Part shown: one piece after another, positions 17,075-24,891 of the stretch
Numbering within the stretch: position 1 is the stretch's first letter
How the letters are laid out: each line of letters begins with the position of its first letter
Virus record (IMG/VR): IMGVR_UViG_3300027845_000108
Coordinates: 1-32,073 of that record
DNA: 32,073 nucleotides
Reading direction: 5' to 3' (one strand)
Origin: a virus
Taxonomy: Duplodnaviria; Caudoviricetes
Program-made: the position numbers and the translations under genes
Notes under the pieces: generated by a model
Database searches by the model: none
Told to the model about the DNA's origin: nothing
Seen by the model: the letters and a program-made list of their open reading frames with translations, nothing else

Positions 17075-17186
17075 ACGCGCGCATATTGCGCGTGTGTGCG
17101 CGTGACGCGTGCGTTTCAAGATATAAAGAAGGAAACCCCAATAGGTTTTGCCTATCGGTTTCCCGTTTCCGATAAAAATCTTTTTG

Positions 17187-17214
17187 TTGCACTCGGTTAA
17201 AAAATCCGGATAAT
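17187..17214 (+). promoter_or_regulatory. Possible sigma70 early promoter
   Basis: TTGCAC, 16 bp, GATAAT, ~60 bp upstream of the first rightward gene, with an AT-rich upstream tract. Confidence 0.45.
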
Positions 17215-17276
17215 TCAATTCCTGGACAGCGAACAACGGTTCAGCAATTTTTGACTAACACATTGGAGATTACATC

Positions 17277-17705
17277 ATGGCAAACGCACTCTACACAGCA
17301 ATTCTGGAACAGGCAAACAAAGGTAACAAAGTTCAAGAATTGGTACGCCAATGCTTTGTGACTAACGATCAAGCCACTATCACTGAAGCGGCACGAATGA
17401 TCGACGAGAACCCACGATTCGACAAAGAACAATCACGGGCACGATTGGCCGGTCTTCGCATGGCTATGCAACGGGTTTGCAAGTCGATGGATTTGCCAAA
17501 AATGACAGTGAAGAAGGCCGATGGTTCATGGATTGTGGCGGTATCTGAGAAGAAAACAGACAAGCAAACCGACTTTGCTAAGCAATTGGAAAACTTGATC
17601 GAGAAGGCTCAAGAAGAAGGCCAGATGAAAACCTTGGAAACCTTGATGGAAAAGGCTTGGCTCATGTTGGTTGAAATGAACCACGCAGAACAGGCTGAGG
17701 TTTGA
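17277..17705 (+). CDS. First early gene, hypothetical
   Basis: 142 aa, GGAG RBS; its stop is the TGA of the palindrome. Confidence 0.8.
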   Translation: MANALYTAILEQANKGNKVQELVRQCFVTNDQATITEAARMIDENPRFDKEQSRARLAGLRMAMQRVCKSMDLPKMTVKKADGSWIVAVSEKKTDKQTDFAKQLENLIEKAQEEGQMKTLETLMEKAWLMLVEMNHAEQAEV

Positions 17706-17758
17706 TAACGGTTATCACCGGCTGACGTGGGTTGGCCGGTAATCTTGGAGAATGAATC

Positions 17759-18067
17759 ATGGCTAAATCTTTTGACCAACTGTACATGGAACGTGCGCAC
17801 AAAGATTCGCTCGAACGTGTGGGCAAACCTGAATTCAAAGCAGAAACACGGGCTTTGCGGGAAGAATATAGGGAACGTGGGCTTTACGGTACGTGGGGTG
17901 GCCGTCCTAGGACAGCGGACGAACGCTTGATGAAGCGTAACGCCAAGCAAGGCAAGAAGAACGTGGGCAAAGTAGGTATGAAAGCTACGAGTGGGCCTTG
18001 CTTTGTCACCAAGTACGATTCGAACGGGAACGTGGTGGACAAGTCCGTTCACTTTGTAAAGGCATGA
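17759..18067 (+). CDS. Basic hypothetical early protein
   Basis: 102 aa, GGAG RBS, stop inside the palindrome. Confidence 0.75.
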   Translation: MAKSFDQLYMERAHKDSLERVGKPEFKAETRALREEYRERGLYGTWGGRPRTADERLMKRNAKQGKKNVGKVGMKATSGPCFVTKYDSNGNVVDKSVHFVKA

Positions 18068-18097
18068 TAACTGTTATCACGAAAAAAGGGGAACAAC

Positions 18098-18301
18098 ATG
18101 ACCAGAGAAGAGCGTAACTTCAAGAGATTGGAGGATGACAACGGCAGGTATGCTGGTGTAGAGTTTGACTGCGACTGCGGGGCTAGGCTGTATGCTTATG
18201 GTGGTGACACGGATTGTGACCACTGCGGGGCACTGTTCAACGCTAGTGGACAAAGGCTGGTTGACCCATCCCTTTGGGAAGAGCCTTGGGATGAGTATTG
18301 A
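18098..18301 (+). CDS. Small zinc-ribbon-like protein
   Basis: CDCG...CDHCG, acidic Trp-rich tail, AAGGGG RBS. Confidence 0.7.
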   Translation: MTREERNFKRLEDDNGRYAGVEFDCDCGARLYAYGGDTDCDHCGALFNASGQRLVDPSLWEEPWDEY

Positions 18302-18347
18302 ATTTTTTTTTGTGATAACCGTTATCAATTTTTGACTGGAGAATATT

Positions 18348-18617
18348 ATGATTAGCAAAGTAGTTTACCGCACTGGTTACGACAACAAACTGTTCGCTCT
18401 TGTTCGTGAAGGTGGAGAAAGTGTGTCTCTTGATGAGAATGTCCAATCTTTTCGTGGGGATACCTCTATCTTGAAAGGTGGTGATGCACCGCACAAGCCT
18501 TCAAGCACGGGGAAAGTGTATGTTGACGATGGGTCTGGTCGTGTGTCACAATACTTCCCTTCGGTGTTCGGATTGAAGTACGTAGAAGTAACAGGTGAGT
18601 TTCTGTTCACCAACTGA
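18348..18617 (+). CDS. Hypothetical early protein
   Basis: 89 aa, GGAG RBS, stop inside the palindrome. Confidence 0.75.
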   Translation: MISKVVYRTGYDNKLFALVREGGESVSLDENVQSFRGDTSILKGGDAPHKPSSTGKVYVDDGSGRVSQYFPSVFGLKYVEVTGEFLFTN

Positions 18618-18654
18618 TAACTGTTATCAAAAAAAACCATTGGAGAATATAATC

Positions 18655-18876
18655 ATGGCTAAGTTTCTTGCACAGGTAGAAGTGTCTTTTAAAGAAGTGT
18701 ACGGGGAGCAACGCGCTCAACATTCAGAGTACGTTACAGTCAACGCTCGTAACGAACGAGCAGCCGAGCAGATTGCTCGTGCTTGGGCAGAGAATGAGTT
18801 CGAAGATGTGGACTGGGCGTTTGCTTATGGCCTCATTGACATCACCAATGCACGTAGCATTGGGTTCACCAAGTAA
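18655..18876 (+). CDS. Hypothetical early protein (start revised to ATG 18655)
   Basis: GGAG RBS before MAKFLAQVEV. Confidence 0.75.
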   Translation: MAKFLAQVEVSFKEVYGEQRAQHSEYVTVNARNERAAEQIARAWAENEFEDVDWAFAYGLIDITNARSIGFTK

Positions 18877-18947
18877 CACCTTTGATAACTGTTATCACCA
18901 CGGGTTGGGTTCACACTCAACCCACACACACAAGGAGTTTGACTAAC

Positions 18948-19457
18948 ATGATCTCAGCATACAAACAAGAGTGCCTTCGCCTTCGCTTCATTCAGGCACG
19001 CAACAACCTTGACAAGTTCATCCGTGGACAGGCAGCTACCTTGCTTCAGATGTACCGTATCAACGGTATTGAGGCAGTGGAAGATGCACCCTCAACGTAC
19101 GAAGAATTGCTTGAGCATTACAAGCGTGACGTGGTGTGGGGTGGCAAACCGTTCAAGGTGTACAGCGGTGGCATGGACGACACCATCTACATGACCCGCT
19201 ATGGTAACCACTGCTTCCGATTCGTTCACGACTTCAAGCACATAGACCTGAAGGCTGACTTCAGCTACGGTGGTGAGGTTGAGGTGGCGATGACTCAGAT
19301 CTATGAGGTGGCCAAGCAGTTTGGTCCTGCTTCAGATGAGGTTGTGTTGATGGAGGCTGACACAATCGGACAGATGGACTTCTTCCATGACATGGGTATG
19401 TTCGTGACCAACCAACGTGAGTTTGTGTGGGGTGAGTTCGTCCGTAAGTTAGGTTGA
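18948..19457 (+). CDS. Hypothetical protein with HDxxH...E putative metal-binding motif (start revised to ATG 18948)
   Basis: AAGGAG RBS; NHCFRFVHDFKH...FSYGGE; stop inside the palindrome. Confidence 0.7.
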   Translation: MISAYKQECLRLRFIQARNNLDKFIRGQAATLLQMYRINGIEAVEDAPSTYEELLEHYKRDVVWGGKPFKVYSGGMDDTIYMTRYGNHCFRFVHDFKHIDLKADFSYGGEVEVAMTQIYEVAKQFGPASDEVVLMEADTIGQMDFFHDMGMFVTNQREFVWGEFVRKLG

Positions 19458-19484
19458 TAACGGTTATCAAAAAAGGATACTAAG

Positions 19485-19688
19485 ATGAAGATAGAAACAA
19501 AAAATTTTATGATTGACATTGACGACAATGTTGGTGTAGGATTCTTCGAACACAACGAAATGGGAGATGAATGTGGTGGTGGGTTATGGTTCGATGGCCG
19601 GACACTCACTGACTACGATGGTGTGTACGCCTTACCTTCCGAGGTACAACGGGCACTTCTTGATAACGGTTATCAACTGGACATTTAA
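19485..19688 (+). CDS. Small acidic hypothetical protein
   Basis: 67 aa, AAGGA RBS; the palindrome encodes DNGYQ near its end. Confidence 0.75.
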   Translation: MKIETKNFMIDIDDNVGVGFFEHNEMGDECGGGLWFDGRTLTDYDGVYALPSEVQRALLDNGYQLDI

Positions 19689-19693
19689 CAATC

Positions 19694-19834
19694 ATGAGCA
19701 AATCAGAATTTATTGCGCTGTGTGAAGAGCACACAATCTACTACGGCATTGCCCTTGAGAACGAAGACCTTCGGGATGCACTCAAGGCCAATGATATTGA
19801 GGAAGTTAAACGTATTCTTGAAGAGGAATTTTAA
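19694..19834 (+). CDS. 46-aa acidic protein missed by the ORF track
   Basis: MSKSEFIALCEEHTIYYGIALENEDLRDALKANDIEEVKRILEEEF*, fills the gap between neighbours exactly. Confidence 0.75.
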   Translation: MSKSEFIALCEEHTIYYGIALENEDLRDALKANDIEEVKRILEEEF

Positions 19835-19836
19835 CC

Positions 19837-20376
19837 ATGGGTAACAAATTTAAAGTAGGTGATGTTGTAAAATACACTAAGATTGATTCGTTTAGTGACG
19901 GTATTGTCATGGGTAGAGACATTGGACGAATCATTGAAGTTGATGATACAAGTTTGATGCAATACTCTGTCATGTTCGACAGCTTGGACTATGGCCTGTA
20001 CTGCTACGAAGAAACACTCACACTTGTTGATGAAGACACACAACCAAAGGAGAATACAACCATGACTGAACCAACACCCACACCTTCTCAGCCTCACCAA
20101 GAGTTTGCCAACGCACTGCGTATCATCATTGCCGATGAGGTGCGCAAGATTGTACGTGAGGTAGTGGAGCAACGCCTTGAAGAACTGGAACCTGTCACCA
20201 AGGTGGAGTTGAACGAGTTGGTAGATGAGCGTATCAACGATGAGTTGGAGACACAGCTAGAGAGCAAGCTGGAAGACTTCATATTAGACAACGACATTGT
20301 AACCACTGACATTTTGAAAGATTCAATCCGTGACTGCCTACGTTACGACATCACTTTAACCGTTGATGTAGATTGA
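19837..20376 (+). CDS. Acidic two-part hypothetical protein (SH3-like FKVGDVV N-part, coiled-coil C-part with internal start at 20062)
   Basis: GAGG RBS; internal AAGGAGAATACAACCATG in frame; stop inside the palindrome. Confidence 0.7.
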   Translation: MGNKFKVGDVVKYTKIDSFSDGIVMGRDIGRIIEVDDTSLMQYSVMFDSLDYGLYCYEETLTLVDEDTQPKENTTMTEPTPTPSQPHQEFANALRIIIADEVRKIVREVVEQRLEELEPVTKVELNELVDERINDELETQLESKLEDFILDNDIVTTDILKDSIRDCLRYDITLTVDVD

Positions 20377-20405
20377 TAACCGTTATCACTTGGAGATAAA
20401 CAAAC

Positions 20406-20690
20406 ATGGAACCTTTGACTGTATCCGATTACATCGGTGATCTTAACAACCCTACTGCTCCGTTCATATCAACGGACTACTACCACTGGCTGTACCACAA
20501 CCACACTGGACACGCTATCTTTGACAAGCTGTTGTACCTTGGCAAGCGTTGTCAAGATGCCCGTGACTGGGGATGTCAACCAAGCGGAGTGAATACGTTT
20601 GTGTTGGATACACTGTCAGGTATTCACGACCACTTCTACTGGACAAAAGCACACGACTGCTTAGTTCCTCCTTTACATTTGGAGAATTGA
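20406..20690 (+). CDS. Hypothetical protein
   Basis: 94 aa, GGAG RBS, His-rich. Confidence 0.7.
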   Translation: MEPLTVSDYIGDLNNPTAPFISTDYYHWLYHNHTGHAIFDKLLYLGKRCQDARDWGCQPSGVNTFVLDTLSGIHDHFYWTKAHDCLVPPLHLEN

Positions 20691-20695
20691 CTACA

Positions 20696-20902
20696 ATGAG
20701 CAACAAACAATCAGAACACCTTGTCCTATCTCACTTCCTCACTGAGTGGGATGTCACGCAATCGTTCGAACAGGTGCTCTTCTCACTCACCAACTGGGGT
20801 GATGACGTAGTGGTGGCCCAACATTACGATGAACTGCACCCCTTGGATCTGGCCGACAAGATGCGTGATCTTGCCGACAAAGTACAACTCATGCTCAACT
20901 AA
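20696..20902 (+). CDS. Hypothetical protein (start revised to ATG 20696)
   Basis: GGAG RBS before MSNKQSEHL. Confidence 0.7.
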   Translation: MSNKQSEHLVLSHFLTEWDVTQSFEQVLFSLTNWGDDVVVAQHYDELHPLDLADKMRDLADKVQLMLN

Positions 20903-20915
20903 AGGAGAAACAATC

Positions 20916-21338
20916 ATGACTGAACGACTGAACAAACAAGAAGTGTTCGACAAGGTAGCCTCACACTTGCTCACACAAAACGCTCGTAGCGTAGGGATAG
21001 AGTACGACGAAGGTGTGGCGGGTGAAACCACAGCCTATACAAAGTGCATGTATCGTGGAAAGAACAACATGATGTGTGCAGCAGGGTGCCTTATTCCCGA
21101 TGACGTGTATAACCGTACTGGGATGGAGAACATGAACTGGGGTGCTGTGTCTCATGCATTCTTCAACGAGTTGGATAAAGTGATTGATGTGAAGGGCACT
21201 CAACATTTGGTGGAAAACCTTCAAGACATGCACGACATTTTTGAAGACCCAAAAGAGTGGCCCGAACGTCTGCTTGGTATTGCACAGCGTCACGGTTTAG
21301 AGTACAAGGGTACTGAGTTCTATCGTGGAGAAAAATAA
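20916..21338 (+). CDS. Phage hypothetical protein (start revised to ATG 20916)
   Basis: AAGGAG RBS; QEVFDKVASHLLTQ...CMYRG...CAAGCLIPD...LQDMHD. Confidence 0.75.
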   Translation: MTERLNKQEVFDKVASHLLTQNARSVGIEYDEGVAGETTAYTKCMYRGKNNMMCAAGCLIPDDVYNRTGMENMNWGAVSHAFFNELDKVIDVKGTQHLVENLQDMHDIFEDPKEWPERLLGIAQRHGLEYKGTEFYRGEK

Positions 21339-21667
21339 TGGGTGACCAAAACCACTGTGGTATGGATGCCACAACGGAAGTAGGTAGGATTGGGATGCTC
21401 GACTCTAACCAACCAAACCAAACAGATACGCTTGACAGCCCCATCTATCGTGTGGTATCATCCAGACTTTACATGAGGTTGGGTGATTACAAGCTGGAAT
21501 CTGTTGACACATTCAACGTGGTGTTGAGATACATCGACAGAAGTGTTGACAACTACACAGTACCTATGCCAAGATGTACCCTTCAACAAGCAATCAATCT
21601 TGGATTGATAACAGTTATCAACACCGACAAACAAAGGGAGGATTATATTGAGCGCAACATTGGTTGA
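21338..21667 (+). CDS. Hypothetical protein
   Basis: TAATG coupling with the upstream gene. Confidence 0.6.
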   Translation: MGDQNHCGMDATTEVGRIGMLDSNQPNQTDTLDSPIYRVVSSRLYMRLGDYKLESVDTFNVVLRYIDRSVDNYTVPMPRCTLQQAINLGLITVINTDKQREDYIERNIG

Positions 21668-21986
21668 CAAAAGCAAGTACAACTACTTGTTATTTGTATC
21701 GTTACACCGTGGTAAGGTTGTTGGCAAAGAGTTCAACACACTCAAAGGTATGGTGGGTAGTCTTTTGAATTCAGTCAAAGCACAGTTCATTAGGCTACCT
21801 TATGCGTTCGATGCAGACACACAAGGTTTGTGGATGAACGGTAAACAGCAAGCAGTGATGTATCAAGTACGATTGTCAGGTGACTCTGCTGAGTCCGAAG
21901 GCGTAGTACACGCAGTAAAGAAGCTGGCATCCGACCACGGTGCGTTTGCCGGTATCATTAAAGTACCAACACTAGGAGCATATTGA
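21648..21986 (+). CDS. Hypothetical protein
   Basis: TTG start with GGGAGG RBS, 28 nt after a palindrome copy. Confidence 0.65.
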   Translation: MSATLVDKSKYNYLLFVSLHRGKVVGKEFNTLKGMVGSLLNSVKAQFIRLPYAFDADTQGLWMNGKQQAVMYQVRLSGDSAESEGVVHAVKKLASDHGAFAGIIKVPTLGAY

Positions 21987-22462
21987 TTATGAAAAAAGTT
22001 TTTAAGTCCGACCCGATGGTTGACCTACATATACCACTGTCCGACCTTCTGCTAATTACATTGACTATTGGTGACTCATCCACTTACTCAAGGGAAGGTT
22101 CGCTGTGTCGATTCAAAGATAAAATAAACGGTTATTTTTCTGACCCGTATGATGAAGAGGTTGTCAATGCTTTGCAGATACTTGGACAGGAAAACAACAC
22201 TTGTACACAAATCTTCCACTACCTTCGGAAAAAACTACAAGAAGAAGCGCACGTCTATGCTGAAGATTATGTGGATCCAGACCGACCAGAAAAAGTGTAT
22301 GTGAACTACTACTTTACCAAGGAAGGTGAGATCATCCGAGGTACGTGGGCGTTCAAAGATCCAGTGGTTGCCCTGCGCTGTTCCAAGGAGGCCGATAGCC
22401 ACCCAATCGGGATCAGTACCGAGAAGTACGACCCATCCCTTCACAAATTCAAAGGAGATTAA
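21983..22462 (+). CDS. Hypothetical protein
   Basis: AGGAG RBS, contiguous gene packing. Confidence 0.65.
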   Translation: MIMKKVFKSDPMVDLHIPLSDLLLITLTIGDSSTYSREGSLCRFKDKINGYFSDPYDEEVVNALQILGQENNTCTQIFHYLRKKLQEEAHVYAEDYVDPDRPEKVYVNYYFTKEGEIIRGTWAFKDPVVALRCSKEADSHPIGISTEKYDPSLHKFKGD

Positions 22463-22467
22463 TTCAC

Positions 22468-22779
22468 ATGATTAAACGACACGGCACACAAGTCGTGTCG
22501 GTTCCTCTTGAGGTGTGTGGTAACGTGGACGGGGAGTTCTATGTGGACTTCCTGTTCATAGGCGTACTTCAAGAGTGTGCTGACATGACCGACCCTGAGA
22601 ACTGGTCTTATGATAAGTGCGAGGTTGACTTCGATGGTAACGAGTTGATGATGTGTTTCACCCGTGGAGGTCAACTTCTATCACCTGAAGGTAACTTCCT
22701 TTGCACACCAAGAGAAGTAAAGAGTTGGGCAAGAGGTTACGAGAGCGAAGCGTGGAAGCAAGTGGAGGTAGGTGAATGA
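22468..22779 (+). CDS. Acidic hypothetical protein
   Basis: AAGGAG RBS, 103 aa. Confidence 0.65.
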   Translation: MIKRHGTQVVSVPLEVCGNVDGEFYVDFLFIGVLQECADMTDPENWSYDKCEVDFDGNELMMCFTRGGQLLSPEGNFLCTPREVKSWARGYESEAWKQVEVGE

Positions 22780-23134
22780 AAGAGATCTTTACAGTTATAT
22801 TCTGTACAGCATGTGTTGCTGTCCCTTTTGGTATTTGGTACACAGGGGTTGGGCTATGAGTGGAGCAAAAGTAAACGGAAAGTACGTGCGTCTTTCAGTA
22901 GGAAGATGTGAAGCGTGTAACCGAGAGTTGCAAGAATCAGAAATGTACATCAAAGGATCGCTGTCCAACGTAGAGTTAGGTCTTTGCAGGAAGTGTGCGC
23001 AGTTCGTAAATGATCCACTGAACGCACAGGAGGCCCGTGACGAGGCTCAAATGGGTTGGTCAAGGGGTAGACAAGGGTACGACAAAGAAACGCAACAGGA
23101 GCCTTCTATTGCTTCTTTGTTCGACAGTGTGTGA
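22772..23134 (+). CDS. Zinc-finger-like hypothetical protein (alternative start 22856)
   Basis: RCEACN...GLCRKC. Confidence 0.6.
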   Translation: MNERDLYSYILYSMCCCPFWYLVHRGWAMSGAKVNGKYVRLSVGRCEACNRELQESEMYIKGSLSNVELGLCRKCAQFVNDPLNAQEARDEAQMGWSRGRQGYDKETQQEPSIASLFDSV

Positions 23135-23140
23135 AAGGTG

Positions 23141-23169
23141 TTGACAAGAACAGGAAGTGTGGTTATACT
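23141..23169 (+). promoter_or_regulatory. Sigma70 promoter for the replication module
   Basis: TTGACA (23141-23146), 17 bp, TATACT (23164-23169). Confidence 0.88.
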
Positions 23170-23266
23170 GGTTTTAAAGAAAGAATATATTACTTATATA
23201 TCTTTTATTTAATAACTTAATAACCTATTAAATACTTCTTTAATATAAATTATTATAGGTAAATCT

Positions 23267-24889
23267 ATGGGTAGATACATCAAACACACATCCTGTCCTA
23301 AGTGTGGTAGTAGTGATGGCAATGCAGTGTACGAAAATAATTCCACCTATTGCTTTGTCTGTACTGCTTCTACTCGTGGTGATGGTAACAGTTATCAACG
23401 TGAAGAATTAACAGGGAGAATTGGGTTGGATGATATATCTAAACTACCTGTTGCTGCACTGACTGACAGAGGTATCTCTGAAGAAGTTAGTAAGCAATAT
23501 GGTGTTCGTGTTGAGTACAGTCAAGAGACTGGTCAACAGATGAAGTATTACTTTCCACTGTACAACCAGAAGGGTGGGTTGTTAGGGTATCAAGTACGTG
23601 AGTTACCAAAGCAGATCAAGCGTACTCCTGACACTGGTGGTGCTCTTCCGTTTGGTTCCCAAGTTGCAGGTACAGGTGGTAAGTTCTTGATTGTTGTGGA
23701 AGGTGCAGAGGATTGCATGGCCGTGACACAGATGCTTGCTGTCAAAGGCAAAGCGTACCGTGTTGTTGCTACCCTTGGTACTGAGGGTTGGAAACGTAAC
23801 ATCGAATACTTCAAGTCGTTTGAGAAGGTGGTGATCTGTTTCGACAAAGATGCAGCAGGGCAACAAGCAGCCAAAGAGTTTGCGTGTGCGTTAGGCAGTA
23901 AGAAAGCATTCCTGATGTCGTGGAACAGTGATGCCAAAGACCCTAACGATCTGTTGCGTGAGAAAGGTGGTGCTGATTGTTTCCTCAACGGGCTATTTAA
24001 GGCAGAGGCATATCGCCCTGACGGGATAATTACAGGGGAAGAAGTGTGGCTTCGTATGCAGAACTACACCAAGCCCAAGTTTATCCCTTACCCACCTGAG
24101 TGGACGTTGATGAACGAACGGATGGAAGGTATGCGTGAAGGTGAGATCAGCCTGTGGTGTGCCGGTACATCTGTTGGTAAGACCAGCTACATTCGCCGGT
24201 TGAAACAACACGTACTCACAAACACGGACAACGTGATCGGTGAGGTTGAGTTGGAAGAGTCACCAGAGAAGACATGGCGTGGGTTGATGCAGTTCCACGG
24301 ACGTATGCCTTTGTCACAGATGACACCAGAGTACAAGCGACAGGTGTACGAAGAGACGTATGGTACACAACGTATCTTCACTGTTGACCACAGGAATCAG
24401 TTCACTCGTGGACAATCTCTGATTGGTAAGTTCGAATATTTGCACTATTCGATGGGTGCTCAAGTTATTTTCCTTGACCACATCACACTTGCTGTGTCAG
24501 AATTTGGTGATGGAGGTGGCCTTGCAGATCAAGACAGGATGATGAACGAGTTCCTTGAGTTCGTAGAGAAGACCAAGGCACACTTGTGTATCATCTCTCA
24601 CTTACGCAAGGCACCCTCCGGTGGCAAGGGGTTTGAGCAAGGTGCAGTACCTAGTGAAGACGACCTGAAAGGCAGTGGTTCACTGAAGCAGATTGCGTTT
24701 GACATCATTGGGGTTAGCCGTAACAAGCAACACCCTGACGAGTACATCAAGAACGTGTCTCAACTGCACGTACTCAAATGTCGTGAGACAGGTGATACAG
24801 GTATGGCTGATGCGCTGTACTGGGATCGCCAGTCCATGTCTCTTGTCCCTGCTGAACTACCGGAAGACCCAGATGACGGAGAACTTTGA
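23267..24889 (+). CDS. T7 gp4-like DNA primase-helicase
   Basis: Zn finger CPKCGSSD...CFVC, TOPRIM IVVEGAED and FDKDAAG, Walker A AGTSVGKT, IFLDHIT, ISHLRK, DLKGSGSLKQ. Confidence 0.95.
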   Translation: MGRYIKHTSCPKCGSSDGNAVYENNSTYCFVCTASTRGDGNSYQREELTGRIGLDDISKLPVAALTDRGISEEVSKQYGVRVEYSQETGQQMKYYFPLYNQKGGLLGYQVRELPKQIKRTPDTGGALPFGSQVAGTGGKFLIVVEGAEDCMAVTQMLAVKGKAYRVVATLGTEGWKRNIEYFKSFEKVVICFDKDAAGQQAAKEFACALGSKKAFLMSWNSDAKDPNDLLREKGGADCFLNGLFKAEAYRPDGIITGEEVWLRMQNYTKPKFIPYPPEWTLMNERMEGMREGEISLWCAGTSVGKTSYIRRLKQHVLTNTDNVIGEVELEESPEKTWRGLMQFHGRMPLSQMTPEYKRQVYEETYGTQRIFTVDHRNQFTRGQSLIGKFEYLHYSMGAQVIFLDHITLAVSEFGDGGGLADQDRMMNEFLEFVEKTKAHLCIISHLRKAPSGGKGFEQGAVPSEDDLKGSGSLKQIAFDIIGVSRNKQHPDEYIKNVSQLHVLKCRETGDTGMADALYWDRQSMSLVPAELPEDPDDGEL

Positions 24890-24891
24890 TA

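Noticed and set aside
16185-17236. Short ORFs in the central intergenic region
   Set aside because: No convincing RBS or protein-like composition; they overlap promoters and binding-site arrays.
17703-17717. Calling the palindrome a canonical Fur box
   Set aside because: All perfect copies have C/G where the Fur 7-1-7 consensus has T/A; kept only as a hypothesis.
17703-21620. CRISPR array or integron attC reading of the repeated palindrome
   Set aside because: The repeat is 15 bp with 200-1200 bp gene-containing spacing and no cas or intI gene; it lacks attC length and the RYYYAAC/GTTRRRY consensus.
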